A model generated the notes under the pieces. That model saw only the letters and a list, made by a program, of their open reading frames with translations. It was not told the origin of the DNA and ran no database searches. From an uncultured bacterium (GTDB lineage: Bacteria > Desulfobacterota_D > UBA1144 > Nemesobacterales > UBA2774), in contig CAVPJU010000006.1 in the NCBI GenBank assembly GCA_963705505.1, positions 352,001-416,000 of the forward strand: a stretch of DNA of 64,000 nt, written 5' to 3'. The translations under genes were made by a program, and so were the position numbers. Positions 1 through 9,813 of this stretch are shown in pieces (the first letter of the stretch is position 1; each line of letters opens with the position of its first letter).

Positions 1-960
1 GCGCTAGTCTCGAAGATAGCGAAGATACCCACACGCACGGTCAAGGTCGACGACAGGAACAGGCTCATGACACTCGCGGATGACCTCAAGAAGGTCATAT
101 ACGGCCAGGACGAAGCCGTAGACAAGCTGGTCACGGCGATCCAGATGTCGCGCTCGGGGCTGAGCGAGCCCATGAAGCCCGTCGGCAGCTTCATGTTCGC
201 CGGGCCCACGGGAGTCGGGAAAACGGAGCTCGCAAAACAGCTTGCCGAAGCCCTGGGAATTGAGTTCATTCGGTTCGACATGAGCGAGTACATGGAGAAA
301 CACACCGTTTCCCGCCTTATCGGGTCACCGCCCGGATACGTCGGATACGAGGAGGGCGGACAGCTTACGGAAGCGGTTCATCAGAAACCCCACGCGGTGC
401 TCCTGCTCGACGAGATCGAGAAGGCCCACGAGGATATCTTTAACGTGCTTTTACAGGTGATGGACCATGCGACTCTCACCGACTCGAACGGGAGAAAAGT
501 GGATTTCAGGCAGATAGTCCTCATCCTTACCACGAACACCGGGTCGAGGGAGAGCGGCCAGAGGACGGTCGGATTCGAGAAGGACGAATTTGAGGACAAG
601 AGCGTGCAGGCGATAGAGAGGTACTTCAGCCCGGAATTCAGGAACAGGCTCAACGGAGTGCTCCATTTCAATTCACTCTCCAAAGAAGTCGTCGAGAAGA
701 TCGTGGACAAAATGGTAGGGCAGCTCGCCGAGAGGTTGAAAGCCAAGAAGGTGACGGTCGAGCTCACACCCGAAGCGAGGACATATATCGCGGAGAAGGG
801 CTACGACAAACAACTCGGCGCAAGGCCTATACAGCGGCTTATAGACAGCGAGATCACTCAGAATCTCACTCACGAGATACTGTTCGGGAAACTTTCCACG
901 GGCGGCGGGAGCGTGAGGATCGTAGTGAACGGGGACAAGCTCGGGTTCGAGTTCGGATAA
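1..960 (+). CDS. clpA: ATP-dependent Clp protease ATP-binding subunit ClpA, C-terminal part (5' end outside window)
   Basis: Frame open from base 1 (ALVSKIAKIPTRTVKVDD...). Second AAA+ domain motifs GPTGVGKTE, RFDMSEYMEKHTVSRLIGSPPGYVG, LLDEIEKAH and GARPIQR; the ClpA-like C-terminus includes EILFGKL. Confidence 0.9.
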   Translation, partial: ALVSKIAKIPTRTVKVDDRNRLMTLADDLKKVIYGQDEAVDKLVTAIQMSRSGLSEPMKPVGSFMFAGPTGVGKTELAKQLAEALGIEFIRFDMSEYMEKHTVSRLIGSPPGYVGYEEGGQLTEAVHQKPHAVLLLDEIEKAHEDIFNVLLQVMDHATLTDSNGRKVDFRQIVLILTTNTGSRESGQRTVGFEKDEFEDKSVQAIERYFSPEFRNRLNGVLHFNSLSKEVVEKIVDKMVGQLAERLKAKKVTVELTPEARTYIAEKGYDKQLGARPIQRLIDSEITQNLTHEILFGKLSTGGGSVRIVVNGDKLGFEFG

Positions 961-1055
961 AATAATAAGTGAATCAGTTCGATTTCGGCCTTATATTTCA
1001 ATCCGGAATCGTAGCAGCTCGTTACATCAAATTCAAAACCGAGGAGAGTAAACTC

Positions 1056-1421
1056 ATGTTCAGCTCGTACTCATTTTCAAGGCAAATCAGCTCTCTGATC
1101 CTTCTATTTTTATTATGTTTCTCACTATACGGCGCAAATTCCTTCTCCATGGAAAGCCCAATTATAATTGCCCAGGGCGAAACCAAATCGAGCGGCAATG
1201 CAATGCTGAGTGCGATTGAAAGCGGCTCTGACTTCAAGGGCATGACCAAAAAACAGGTAATAGATTCATACGGAGAGCCCTTCAGCAAAGATACTAACCC
1301 CGTAAAGGGCAGGTACGATGAAAAATGGACTTACAGCTGCGAGACTCACAACGGACTCACATATGACTGTGTGCTTCTCTATTTCATGGCAGACCATGTT
1401 GTGGATGTCGAATCTTTCTAG
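1056..1421 (+). CDS. Exported hypothetical protein with an SmpA/BamE-like small domain
   Basis: GAGGAG SD at ~1041 precedes ATG 1056. Hydrophobic N-terminal segment; the motif KGMTKKQVIDSYGEP...DEKWTY resembles the SmpA_OmlA pattern. Confidence 0.5.
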   Translation: MFSSYSFSRQISSLILLFLLCFSLYGANSFSMESPIIIAQGETKSSGNAMLSAIESGSDFKGMTKKQVIDSYGEPFSKDTNPVKGRYDEKWTYSCETHNGLTYDCVLLYFMADHVVDVESF

Positions 1422-1430
1422 GCAACGGGA

Positions 1431-1985
1431 GTGAAAATGAAAAAATGTCCAAAGTGCGGTAAAGAACTTAAACTGAAGGTCCTCGGGTCGATAGACGTCG
1501 ATGAATGCGAGTCATGCAAGGGTGTCTGGCTCGACGTGGGAGAATTAGGCAAAGCAGAGGAAGCCGCCGACCCCAACATCAACTGGCTCGATTTCGAGAT
1601 TTGGAAACACCCGGAAAAATTCAAATCGAAAGAAACGGACCTCAAGTGTCCGTCCTGCGCGTCCAACACAATCAGTATCGAGTACGGACATACCGGAGTC
1701 GAGATCAACTACTGCCCCGGCTGCCGGGGAATATGGCTCGAAAAGGACGAATTGCCCAAGATCATAGAGTCCCTCGAAGACGAAATATCGAAAAAAACCT
1801 TCTCCGATTACCTCCACGAAAGTATCCGCGAAGCCAAAGAAGTCGTGACCGGGCATGAGTCGCTGATGTCGGAATGGAAGGACTTCTCCTCGATACTGAG
1901 ACTGATGCAGTACAGGTTATTCGTCGAGAAACCGAAGTTAATCGAGACCCTGACCGACATCAATACGCTGAATCCCTTTAAGTAG
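1431..1985 (+). CDS. Tandem zf-TFIIB zinc-ribbon domain protein
   Basis: Two CPxC...CxxCxGxWL[DE]xxEL repeats (CPKC..CESCKGVWLDVGEL and CPSC..CPGCRGIWLEKDEL). Confidence 0.8.
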   Translation: MKMKKCPKCGKELKLKVLGSIDVDECESCKGVWLDVGELGKAEEAADPNINWLDFEIWKHPEKFKSKETDLKCPSCASNTISIEYGHTGVEINYCPGCRGIWLEKDELPKIIESLEDEISKKTFSDYLHESIREAKEVVTGHESLMSEWKDFSSILRLMQYRLFVEKPKLIETLTDINTLNPFK

Positions 1986-2065
1986 AGGGCATCATTAACG
2001 GAGCACGAGCCCGGACCACCTGGAGATTTAAATATTACAAAGGCCGATAAATGAAAATAAGTCCG

Positions 2066-2536
2066 TCAGAAGGCCTGGTCCAGAATAAGCGATATTTCAT
2101 CGGAGCCGGTTTCCCCGGTCCTGTCGTAGACAGCCTCACCTTTACTGTTCATGACCGTTACGTGGGGGATATAACCCCTGTAATAGCGGTCCCTGAGCTC
2201 TTTTTGTTCTTTTGATAATGCAGTATCCAGATCGATAACTATGAAATCCACCTTGCCCTTATATTTCTCGTAAAGCTCGACTGTCCTCCTGGCCTGCCTC
2301 TTCGAGTTATAACACTCCCTCTGATAAAAGATAATATAAGCCGGAGTCCCGTTTCTGAGAATCCCGTTAGAAAAATCATCGCCTGTGATGAGAGGGCCGT
2401 CATTCGAATCGCTCGTATAGTCGAGCCTGGGATTGAGCTTCAGATTTGTCGCCGCAAAAGAGAACGGCGAAGCGCCTAAAAGCATATAGACCAGGAATCC
2501 GGCAGCAATCATTTGTCCGCGGAATTTATTAATCAT
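2066..2536 (-). CDS. Exported thioredoxin-fold protein (CxxS type)
   Basis: Signal peptide; IIFYQRECYNSK, KGKVDFIVIDLD and YIPHVTV (cis-Pro) fit the thioredoxin fold. Confidence 0.6.
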   Translation of the reverse strand: MINKFRGQMIAAGFLVYMLLGASPFSFAATNLKLNPRLDYTSDSNDGPLITGDDFSNGILRNGTPAYIIFYQRECYNSKRQARRTVELYEKYKGKVDFIVIDLDTALSKEQKELRDRYYRGYIPHVTVMNSKGEAVYDRTGETGSDEISLILDQAF

Positions 2537-2743
2537 TTCATATAACCCCGTTATACAATCAGGACATCATGACATTATACGGAATTAAATCGTACCCGGT
2601 TTCATTTTTAAAACACGAGAAAATACAGGAAATCTAAATTTATCCTTTATAATAAAGTAAAATAAACAGATCGTTACATCATTCTATGAATTTGTTTGAA
2701 TCCTGCTCATCGTCAATCACTATGGAAGGAAGGAAAAGACCAG

Positions 2744-3367
2744 ATGAATGACTCAAAGTCCCGCATAGCTTCCAACATAAAGGACAAGGACCTGATCAAC
2801 GTAAGGAGGCAGGAGCTTGTGAATGCCGCCGTCGAGCTTTTCGTGAAAAAGGGGTTCCACAAAACCACAGTCCGCGAGATAGCGAAAGAGTTCGGCATGA
2901 GCATGGGGGCGCTCTACGATTATATCAGGACAAAAGAGGACATCTTATTTCTTGTCTGCGACCACATTCACAAAAGCGTCAGCGAAAAATTACAGAGCGC
3001 GCTCGTAGGCAAAAAGGACGCCAGGGAGAACCTGAAAAATGCGATACGCGATTACTTCACTATCATAGACGAGATACAGGACTACTCGCTCCTCTTGTAT
3101 CAGGAAACTAAATCGCTTAACCGTACGGACAGGAATTACATACTTTCGGCTGAAAAAGAACTGGTCGCGATCTTCGAGGATATAATTACCCACGGCATCA
3201 GAGAAAAAATATTCAAGATCGACAGGAGCACCGCAAAGATAGTGGCTGAAAACATAATGGTTGAGGGGCAGATGTGGGCGTTCAGGCGCTGGTCGATCCA
3301 AAAGAGCTACACCCTTAAAAACTATATCAAAATCCAGACGGACCTCATTTTAAGGTCGATTACATAA
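2744..3367 (+). CDS. TetR/AcrR family transcriptional regulator
   Basis: N-terminal HTH RRQELVNAAVELFVKKGFHKTTVREIAKEFGMSMGALYDY; AAGGA SD before ATG 2744. Confidence 0.9.
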   Translation: MNDSKSRIASNIKDKDLINVRRQELVNAAVELFVKKGFHKTTVREIAKEFGMSMGALYDYIRTKEDILFLVCDHIHKSVSEKLQSALVGKKDARENLKNAIRDYFTIIDEIQDYSLLLYQETKSLNRTDRNYILSAEKELVAIFEDIITHGIREKIFKIDRSTAKIVAENIMVEGQMWAFRRWSIQKSYTLKNYIKIQTDLILRSIT

Positions 3368-3372
3368 ACCCC

Positions 3373-3401
3373 TTGACATTAAACCCGAAAGTTCTTAGAA
3401 T
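3373..3401 (+). promoter_or_regulatory. sigma70 promoter of the acyl-CoA dehydrogenase gene
   Basis: TTGACA(3373-3378)-17 nt-TAGAAT(3396-3401). Confidence 0.75.
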
Positions 3402-3410
3402 TGTGATAAG

Positions 3411-3428
3411 CGAGCGAGCGCTCGGTTG
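3411..3428. promoter_or_regulatory. Candidate TetR-family operator palindrome
   Basis: Perfect 10-bp palindrome CGAGCGCTCG (3415-3424) with partly complementary flanks, just downstream of the predicted TSS and next to a TetR gene. Confidence 0.45.
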
Positions 3429-3448
3429 GTAATCGTCAATGGGGAGGT

Positions 3449-4605
<1,157 letters not shown>

Positions 4606-4609
<4 letters not shown>

Positions 4610-4643
4610 AAAAAGAAGCCCTTAAAATCGAAAGGGCTTCTTT
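4606..4643 (-). terminator. Rho-independent terminator (long U tract on the minus strand; possibly bidirectional)
   Basis: AAAGAAGCCCTT(4612-4623)/AAGGGCTTCTTT(4632-4643) inverted repeat with an A-run on its left. Confidence 0.75.
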
Positions 4644-4703
4644 CCCTCAAGGAGGATGGTATAGGATGTGCTGGTCAATTCAAATATGTACTTACTGCTT
4701 CTA
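4606..4703 (-). ncRNA. Candidate ~100-nt small RNA with an anti-SD CCUCCUU motif
   Basis: The minus strand has an ECF-like promoter TGAATCC..GTCTAA (4738-4709), then CU-rich CACAUCCUAUACCAUCCUCCUU, then the terminator. Inference only. Confidence 0.3.
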
Positions 4704-4851
4704 ACATATTAGACACATTTTATCGCGGGATGGATTCAGGTAATTTTTCGGTATTCGATGCCCGTCAGTGTTAGTCTGCAGACGCCCGGCAATCGCATAT
4801 ATTTTCAAGTAAGACGGGAGATTAGAAGAGTCTCCTCCGCTTCATTCCCTA

Positions 4852-5370
4852 TCAGTTCTCTTTCCTGGTGACGGACTGCGCCCAGCCCTGATATACCTTT
4901 ACGATCACCCGGTCGCCGACCTTAATATCCTTTAATTTATCGTTCGAAGAAGCGATATTGAAGACGGTTTTGTCCGACATTTTAACGCTGATAAGACTGT
5001 CCGTCGCCCCCTCCTGAATGAATACGACTTCGCCCGGAACCCACTGGACGCCGCTATCCTTTTTTTCGGGCCCCGGAGTCTGCGGCGTCTGTTCCTCCGC
5101 TATATTTATGATTCGCGCCCACCCCTCGACAATCTGCACCGTTACGACATCCCCTATCTGAACTCCGTTGAGCAGGGAGGATTTGGAAGGAACACTGAAG
5201 AGTTCGCCGTCGGTCAGCTTCAAGCTGAGCAGCCCTGATCCCTCTTTCTCGACTATGGACACTACCTCTCCCGTTACCCACTGCGGAGAGCCGTTCGCAT
5301 GGGCAGCAATTACTTTTACAGAACCCAAAACCGATAACGCAATCATCAGGCAGATAATTTTTCTCGACAT
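4852..5370 (-). CDS. Exported hypothetical protein with two tandem OB/TOBE-like domains
   Basis: GGAGG SD precedes ATG 5370; signal peptide; internal duplication QWVxGEVV...GDxVxVxxxxGWAxxx. Confidence 0.65.
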   Translation of the reverse strand: MSRKIICLMIALSVLGSVKVIAAHANGSPQWVTGEVVSIVEKEGSGLLSLKLTDGELFSVPSKSSLLNGVQIGDVVTVQIVEGWARIINIAEEQTPQTPGPEKKDSGVQWVPGEVVFIQEGATDSLISVKMSDKTVFNIASSNDKLKDIKVGDRVIVKVYQGWAQSVTRKEN

Positions 5371-5539
5371 CGTGAATCCTCCGTGAAACACCGGTCCATT
5401 CGCTCAGAATTTATTAGTCAGTCCCTTTATAAAGTGTAATTTTTATACTGCATTTATACAACTTTATTTATGCAGCCTTAATATGAGCACCTATTCTTGC
5501 TATACTATCTAATCCATATCCGGTAAAGAGGTCTCGCGG

Positions 5540-5707
5540 ATGTTAATGTACAAGAAAGCGAGCTGGTGGTTCTGGCGCGTAATAGCGGTCTTCATTACGG
5601 CCGGGGACATCGGGTGGAGTTCCGGATTTTATGCAGCGACCATTTTATCAGCCGTGAAGCTGATACATTTCTTCATAAAAGAAGGGGCTTCAAGGGGACA
5701 TGCCTGA
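5540..5707 (+). CDS. Small membrane protein (55 aa), possibly a truncated remnant
   Basis: GAGGT SD, then MLMYKKASWWFWRVIAVFITAGDIGWSSGFYAATILSAVKLIHFFIKEGASRGHA*. Its stop overlaps the cupin ATG (TGATG). Below the ORF-track cutoff. Confidence 0.4.
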   Translation: MLMYKKASWWFWRVIAVFITAGDIGWSSGFYAATILSAVKLIHFFIKEGASRGHA

Positions 5708-6072
5708 TGCCGAAATTTATAGAAAAACCGACTATTATAGAGGCTGCGGGGAATAAGCCGAAAAAGATAGAGGAGTACGCCGGAAGGGTGAACACAGGCC
5801 AGACTGCCGTCAGCGTTGCCCGCATGACATCGCCCGAGGGCTGGAGGGAGCCCGGACAGCGCCCGGACTTTGAGGAAATTACGATAGTCCTTGAAGGAAC
5901 GCTCGTAGTCGATCACGAAAGAGGCTCTCTCGAAGTCGGAGCGGGGCAGGCCGTCGTTGCCAATCCCGGAGAATGGGTCAGGTACAGCACCCCTAAGCCG
6001 GGCGGGGCGAAGTATATAGCAATATGTATCCCCGCTTTTTCACCCGGAACGGTGAACCGCGACCAGGAATAA
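5707..6072 (+). CDS. Cupin domain protein
   Basis: MPKFIEKPTIIEAAGNKPKKIEEY...EPGQRPDFEEITIVLEG...GEWVRYSTP, a cupin barrel pattern. The start is probably 5707 rather than 5566. Confidence 0.8.
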   Translation: MPKFIEKPTIIEAAGNKPKKIEEYAGRVNTGQTAVSVARMTSPEGWREPGQRPDFEEITIVLEGTLVVDHERGSLEVGAGQAVVANPGEWVRYSTPKPGGAKYIAICIPAFSPGTVNRDQE

Positions 6073-6089
6073 AAAACTAAGGAATCCAA

Positions 6090-6671
6090 ATGATAAACAG
6101 ATGCGGGTGGTCCATTTCGGACCCTTTGATGATTGATTATCACGATACTGAGTGGGGCGTCCCGGTTCACGACGACCGCAAGCATTTCGAAATGATTGTC
6201 CTCGACGGAGCGCAGGCGGGGCTCAGCTGGCAGACCGTCCTGAGAAAAAGGGAGTCCTACCGCGAGGCATTCGATAATTTCGATCCGAAGAAAGTAGCAC
6301 GGTATAACGATAAAAAAATCCGGGAGCTTCTGAACAATCCCGGCATAATCAGAAACCGGCTGAAAGTAAACTCCGCAGTAGTGAACGCAAAGGCATTCCT
6401 CGACGTGACGGATGAGTTCGGCTCGTTCGATAAGTATATATGGCAGTTCGTAGGCCACCGTACCATACACAACGAATGGAAGAGCTTGAAAGAACTGCCC
6501 GCGAAGACGTCCGTGTCAGACACCATGAGCAAAGACCTTAAAAAAAGAGGGTTCAACTTCGTCGGCTCCACCATATGCTACGCATACATGCAGGCGGCCG
6601 GCATGGTGAACGATCACACTACAGAATGTTTCAGACATAAAGAGCTGAGACGCATGCCCCCGAATAAATAA
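6090..6671 (+). CDS. tag: DNA-3-methyladenine glycosylase I
   Basis: RCGW...YHDTEWGVP, QAGLSW, IIRNRLK and FVGSTICYAYMQAAGMVNDH..C. Confidence 0.95.
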   Translation: MINRCGWSISDPLMIDYHDTEWGVPVHDDRKHFEMIVLDGAQAGLSWQTVLRKRESYREAFDNFDPKKVARYNDKKIRELLNNPGIIRNRLKVNSAVVNAKAFLDVTDEFGSFDKYIWQFVGHRTIHNEWKSLKELPAKTSVSDTMSKDLKKRGFNFVGSTICYAYMQAAGMVNDHTTECFRHKELRRMPPNK

Positions 6672-7267
6672 TGACTCAAAATTTTCTAGACAAGGTGGTA
6701 TTCCGTCCCGCGAGAAAGGACGAATGCAGGACTATCGCGCGGCTCTACAGCATCTCCTCGGACGGATTGGCGGACTACATCTGGACGACGCTCGCGAAGC
6801 CGGGAGAGGATATTCTCGATGTGGGGGCAAGGCGGTACTCGAATGAGGACCTCTTATTCAGCTATAACAATTGCGTGATCGCAGAGCACGATGGTGAGAT
6901 TATAGGTATGCTCGTTGCATTCCCAATGTACGTTCCCGAGGACCCTGGTGCTGTACGTGAGACCGACCCGGTTTTAGTGCCCTTCACTGTACTGGAGAAA
7001 GACAAGAGCTACTACATCATGGGGGTTGCAGTCTTTCCCGAGCATAGAGGGAAAGGGGTTGGCACGAAATTTTTGGAAATTGCGGAACGGAAAGCGGTTG
7101 AAAATAACCTCCCCCAAATAAGCCTGATAGTATTCGATCAGAATGTGGGGGCTAAAAAACTTTACGAGCGTCACGGATTTTATGAAATCATGCGCGAACC
7201 TGTACTCCCGCATGAGCTTATTCACCATACGGGCTACGCGCTGCTTATGGTTAAGGACGTTAAATAA
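6671..7267 (+). CDS. GNAT family N-acetyltransferase
   Basis: Acetyl-CoA motif VAVFPEHRGKGVGTK and NVGAKKLYERHGF. Confidence 0.85.
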   Translation: MTQNFLDKVVFRPARKDECRTIARLYSISSDGLADYIWTTLAKPGEDILDVGARRYSNEDLLFSYNNCVIAEHDGEIIGMLVAFPMYVPEDPGAVRETDPVLVPFTVLEKDKSYYIMGVAVFPEHRGKGVGTKFLEIAERKAVENNLPQISLIVFDQNVGAKKLYERHGFYEIMREPVLPHELIHHTGYALLMVKDVK

Positions 7268-7331
7268 CCTACCGCGGCGATAAATCAGCGAGCAGAATCT
7301 TCGGCATCCCGAATACGGTCAATAACCGAAC

Positions 7332-8918
7332 CTAGGCGTGGTCCTGTGTCACTTTCTCTTTAGCCTTCATTATAAAAGGCTCGGAACCCCTTTTCCTTTC
7401 CTTGAAGTATGACAACAGCTGTTCGGCTTCATGAAACGGCAGGGTTACGAAAGAAAACTTATCGTGAATTTTAATGTCGTTTATTTTTTCACTTTTTATG
7501 CTGCATTTGTTCCGTATGAAATCCACCAGCTTCTTCGGCGTGAGCCTGTCCTGTTTGCCTTTTGTTACGAAGAGCCTGGTTTTACCCTTCAGGTCGACAA
7601 CCCCGTCTCCGATCTCAGTGTAACTCTTCTCGTCGAGCTCGTCCCTGAAAGTGTGCTGGAGCAGAGACGCTATTATATCCACAGGGCTCTTATTCTCCAT
7701 AAGCTCCTTCGACAGCTCGTAATACTCCGTCCCCGGTCGGGTGTTCAATAAATTTTCGAGCTCCGACTTAACCCGCTTCTTTCTGGTCTCTATGACGTCC
7801 TTTACCTGAGGGAGCTTCGCCTTCCTGATATCCGTCTTCGTCTCCCGGCTGATAAATTTAAGTTTTCTATATTCTTCAGGGGTAATAAACGTTATCGCGT
7901 TGCCTTCCTTGCCGGCGCGTCCCGTACGGCCTACCCTGTGCACATAGGACTTCGGGTCCTGGGGCAGGGCATAATTTATGACATGGGTCAGGTTCTGAAC
8001 GTCTATGCCCCTCGCGGCCACGTCCGTAGCCACGAGAATGTTGACCTGGCGCTTTTTAAACTTGTTAAGCGTCCTCTCCCTCTGGTTCTGAGACATATCG
8101 CCGTGCAGGGCGTCCGCATCGTAACCGCGCTTCATCAGCTTTCCCGCAACCTTGTCGGCATCCACCTTCGTCCTGCAAAAAATGAGACCGTAGAACTCTT
8201 CTTCCACGTCTATGATTCTGCAAAGGGCCTCGAATTTATCGGCAGCCGAAACCTCGAAATATATCTGGTCCGTCTGGCTCACTGTGAGCTGTTCCTGCTC
8301 GACCTTGAGCGTCTCGTATGTACGCATATGTTTTTTGGCGATTTGAATGACCTCGTGAGGCATGGTCGCCGAAAAAAGCATCGTACGCTTGTTATGCCCC
8401 GTGTACCCGATTATCTCCCGGACGTCATCGATAAACCCCATATCGAGCATCTCGTCAGCCTCGTCGAGAATGAGGTAAGAGATGTTATCGAGCTTGAGCG
8501 TCCCGCTCCGGAGGTGGTCGAGTATCCTTCCCGGCGTGCCCACGACGACGTCAACTCCCTTCCGGAGGCTCCTTAACTGCAAGCTCATCGACTGCCCGCC
8601 GTAAACAGGAATGATGCTGAGCTCTTTCCAGCCTTTTAACGAATTGATCTCCTCCGCCACCTGAATTGCTAACTCCCTCGTAGGCGCGAGGACGAGCGCC
8701 TGGACTGTCCTCGACTTTTCCTGAAGCAGCTCGATCAGAGGAATCCCGAACGCCGCCGTTTTGCCGGTCCCGGTCTGGGCCTGGGCGACTATATCGTCAT
8801 CCCCCTCCATAACAACCGGAATAACCAGCTCCTGGATCTTTGTCGGCATTTCATAGCCCTTTTTAGTAAGGACGTCGAGCGTCCTTTCCGATAAACCAAA
8901 ACTTTCAAATGATTTCAT
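7332..8918 (-). CDS. DEAD-box RNA helicase (DeaD/CsdA-like, with a C-terminal DbpA-type RNA-binding domain)
   Basis: AQTGTGKT, PTRELA, DEADEMLDMGF, SAT and HRVGRTGRAG; C-terminal RLFVTKGKQD..TP. Confidence 0.92.
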   Translation of the reverse strand: MKSFESFGLSERTLDVLTKKGYEMPTKIQELVIPVVMEGDDDIVAQAQTGTGKTAAFGIPLIELLQEKSRTVQALVLAPTRELAIQVAEEINSLKGWKELSIIPVYGGQSMSLQLRSLRKGVDVVVGTPGRILDHLRSGTLKLDNISYLILDEADEMLDMGFIDDVREIIGYTGHNKRTMLFSATMPHEVIQIAKKHMRTYETLKVEQEQLTVSQTDQIYFEVSAADKFEALCRIIDVEEEFYGLIFCRTKVDADKVAGKLMKRGYDADALHGDMSQNQRERTLNKFKKRQVNILVATDVAARGIDVQNLTHVINYALPQDPKSYVHRVGRTGRAGKEGNAITFITPEEYRKLKFISRETKTDIRKAKLPQVKDVIETRKKRVKSELENLLNTRPGTEYYELSKELMENKSPVDIIASLLQHTFRDELDEKSYTEIGDGVVDLKGKTRLFVTKGKQDRLTPKKLVDFIRNKCSIKSEKINDIKIHDKFSFVTLPFHEAEQLLSYFKERKRGSEPFIMKAKEKVTQDHA

Positions 8919-9277
8919 ACAGTAATCCTCTCCCTTATTACATTTCTCCTATTAAGGAATAAGACCCAATCAAGCATCAAGAATCGTTTTTGGAATTGTT
9001 GAATAATTGACTAAGTATTTTCTCGTGTTAGTAGATGTCATTATTATACCTTAAAAATATAAGTTGCACTATTACCCCGATTTTTTACCCGGCCTTTCCG
9101 ATTTTTTTGCATAATATCATCGACAAGTGACCTCAACAGACTTCGAAGTTTCATGAAGCTATAAACGAGGAAGTAGTACCAGTTAAGATTTTCACCGTTC
9201 GGGCCATCGCTTAATTAAAACCGGGAACATAACACAGTGCGATAGACGACCAGCGTAGTTCATCCAAACTCCCGAAT

Positions 9278-9306
9278 TTGACAGTTCATTCTTACGCACT
9301 TATAAT
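9278..9306 (+). promoter_or_regulatory. Perfect-consensus sigma70 promoter of the metal-uptake operon
   Basis: TTGACA(9278-9283)-17 nt-TATAAT(9301-9306). Confidence 0.85.
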
Positions 9307-9324
9307 TGAGAATCTTTCTCAATT
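9304..9324. promoter_or_regulatory. Fur/Zur-type operator (9-3-9 inverted repeat) overlapping the -10 and TSS
   Basis: AATTGAGAA-TCT-TTCTCAATT is a perfect inverted repeat resembling Fur/Zur boxes, directly upstream of a Fur-family gene. Confidence 0.8.
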
Positions 9325-9354
9325 GCAATATAGCACGGGCAAGGACAATTAATC

Positions 9355-9798
9355 ATGAAAACAAAATCCGGCAGATCAGAAAATTCAGAGAGTTTAAAGG
9401 CTATTTTTCACGCAAAAAGACTCAAATGCACGCCTCAGAGGTTAGCCGTGCTGAAAGTACTCAAGGAAAGCGGGGCTTACCTCTCGATAAATATGCTCGA
9501 CAAGAAGGTGAAGGAGATCCTTCCCGGAACAGGGCTTGCGACTGTGTACAGGGCGCTCGAAACGCTCGAAGAGTTAAACCTGGTAGTCAAGGTGCACCTC
9601 GAGGACGGGTGTCACAGCTACGCGGTCGCGCCCGAGGGGCACCGGCACCCGATAGTCTGCACGGAGTGCAACAAGGTCATCGAATTCGCGGAATGCCCGC
9701 TTGATAAGTTGTCCGAGAAGCTCTCGAAAGACACGGGCATCCTCATACAAAACCATTTCCTCCAGTTATTCGGGAAATGCAGGGAATGCCAGACTTAA
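9355..9798 (+). CDS. Fur-family metalloregulator (likely Zur-like, autoregulated)
   Basis: TPQRLAVL, ATVYRALETL, HRHPIVCTEC and GKCREC; it heads a Zn/Co/Ni uptake operon. Confidence 0.88.
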   Translation: MKTKSGRSENSESLKAIFHAKRLKCTPQRLAVLKVLKESGAYLSINMLDKKVKEILPGTGLATVYRALETLEELNLVVKVHLEDGCHSYAVAPEGHRHPIVCTECNKVIEFAECPLDKLSEKLSKDTGILIQNHFLQLFGKCRECQT

Positions 9799-9813
9799 GA
9801 AGGGGATATATAC

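Noticed and set aside
4666..4704. 12-codon plus-strand ORF MCWSIQICTYCF
   Set aside because: It is too short, lies directly after a terminator hairpin and has no visible promoter; the minus-strand sRNA reading fits better.
9306..9704. 132-aa alternative-frame ORF over the fur gene
   Set aside because: It starts within the operator and overlaps the clear Fur-family CDS.
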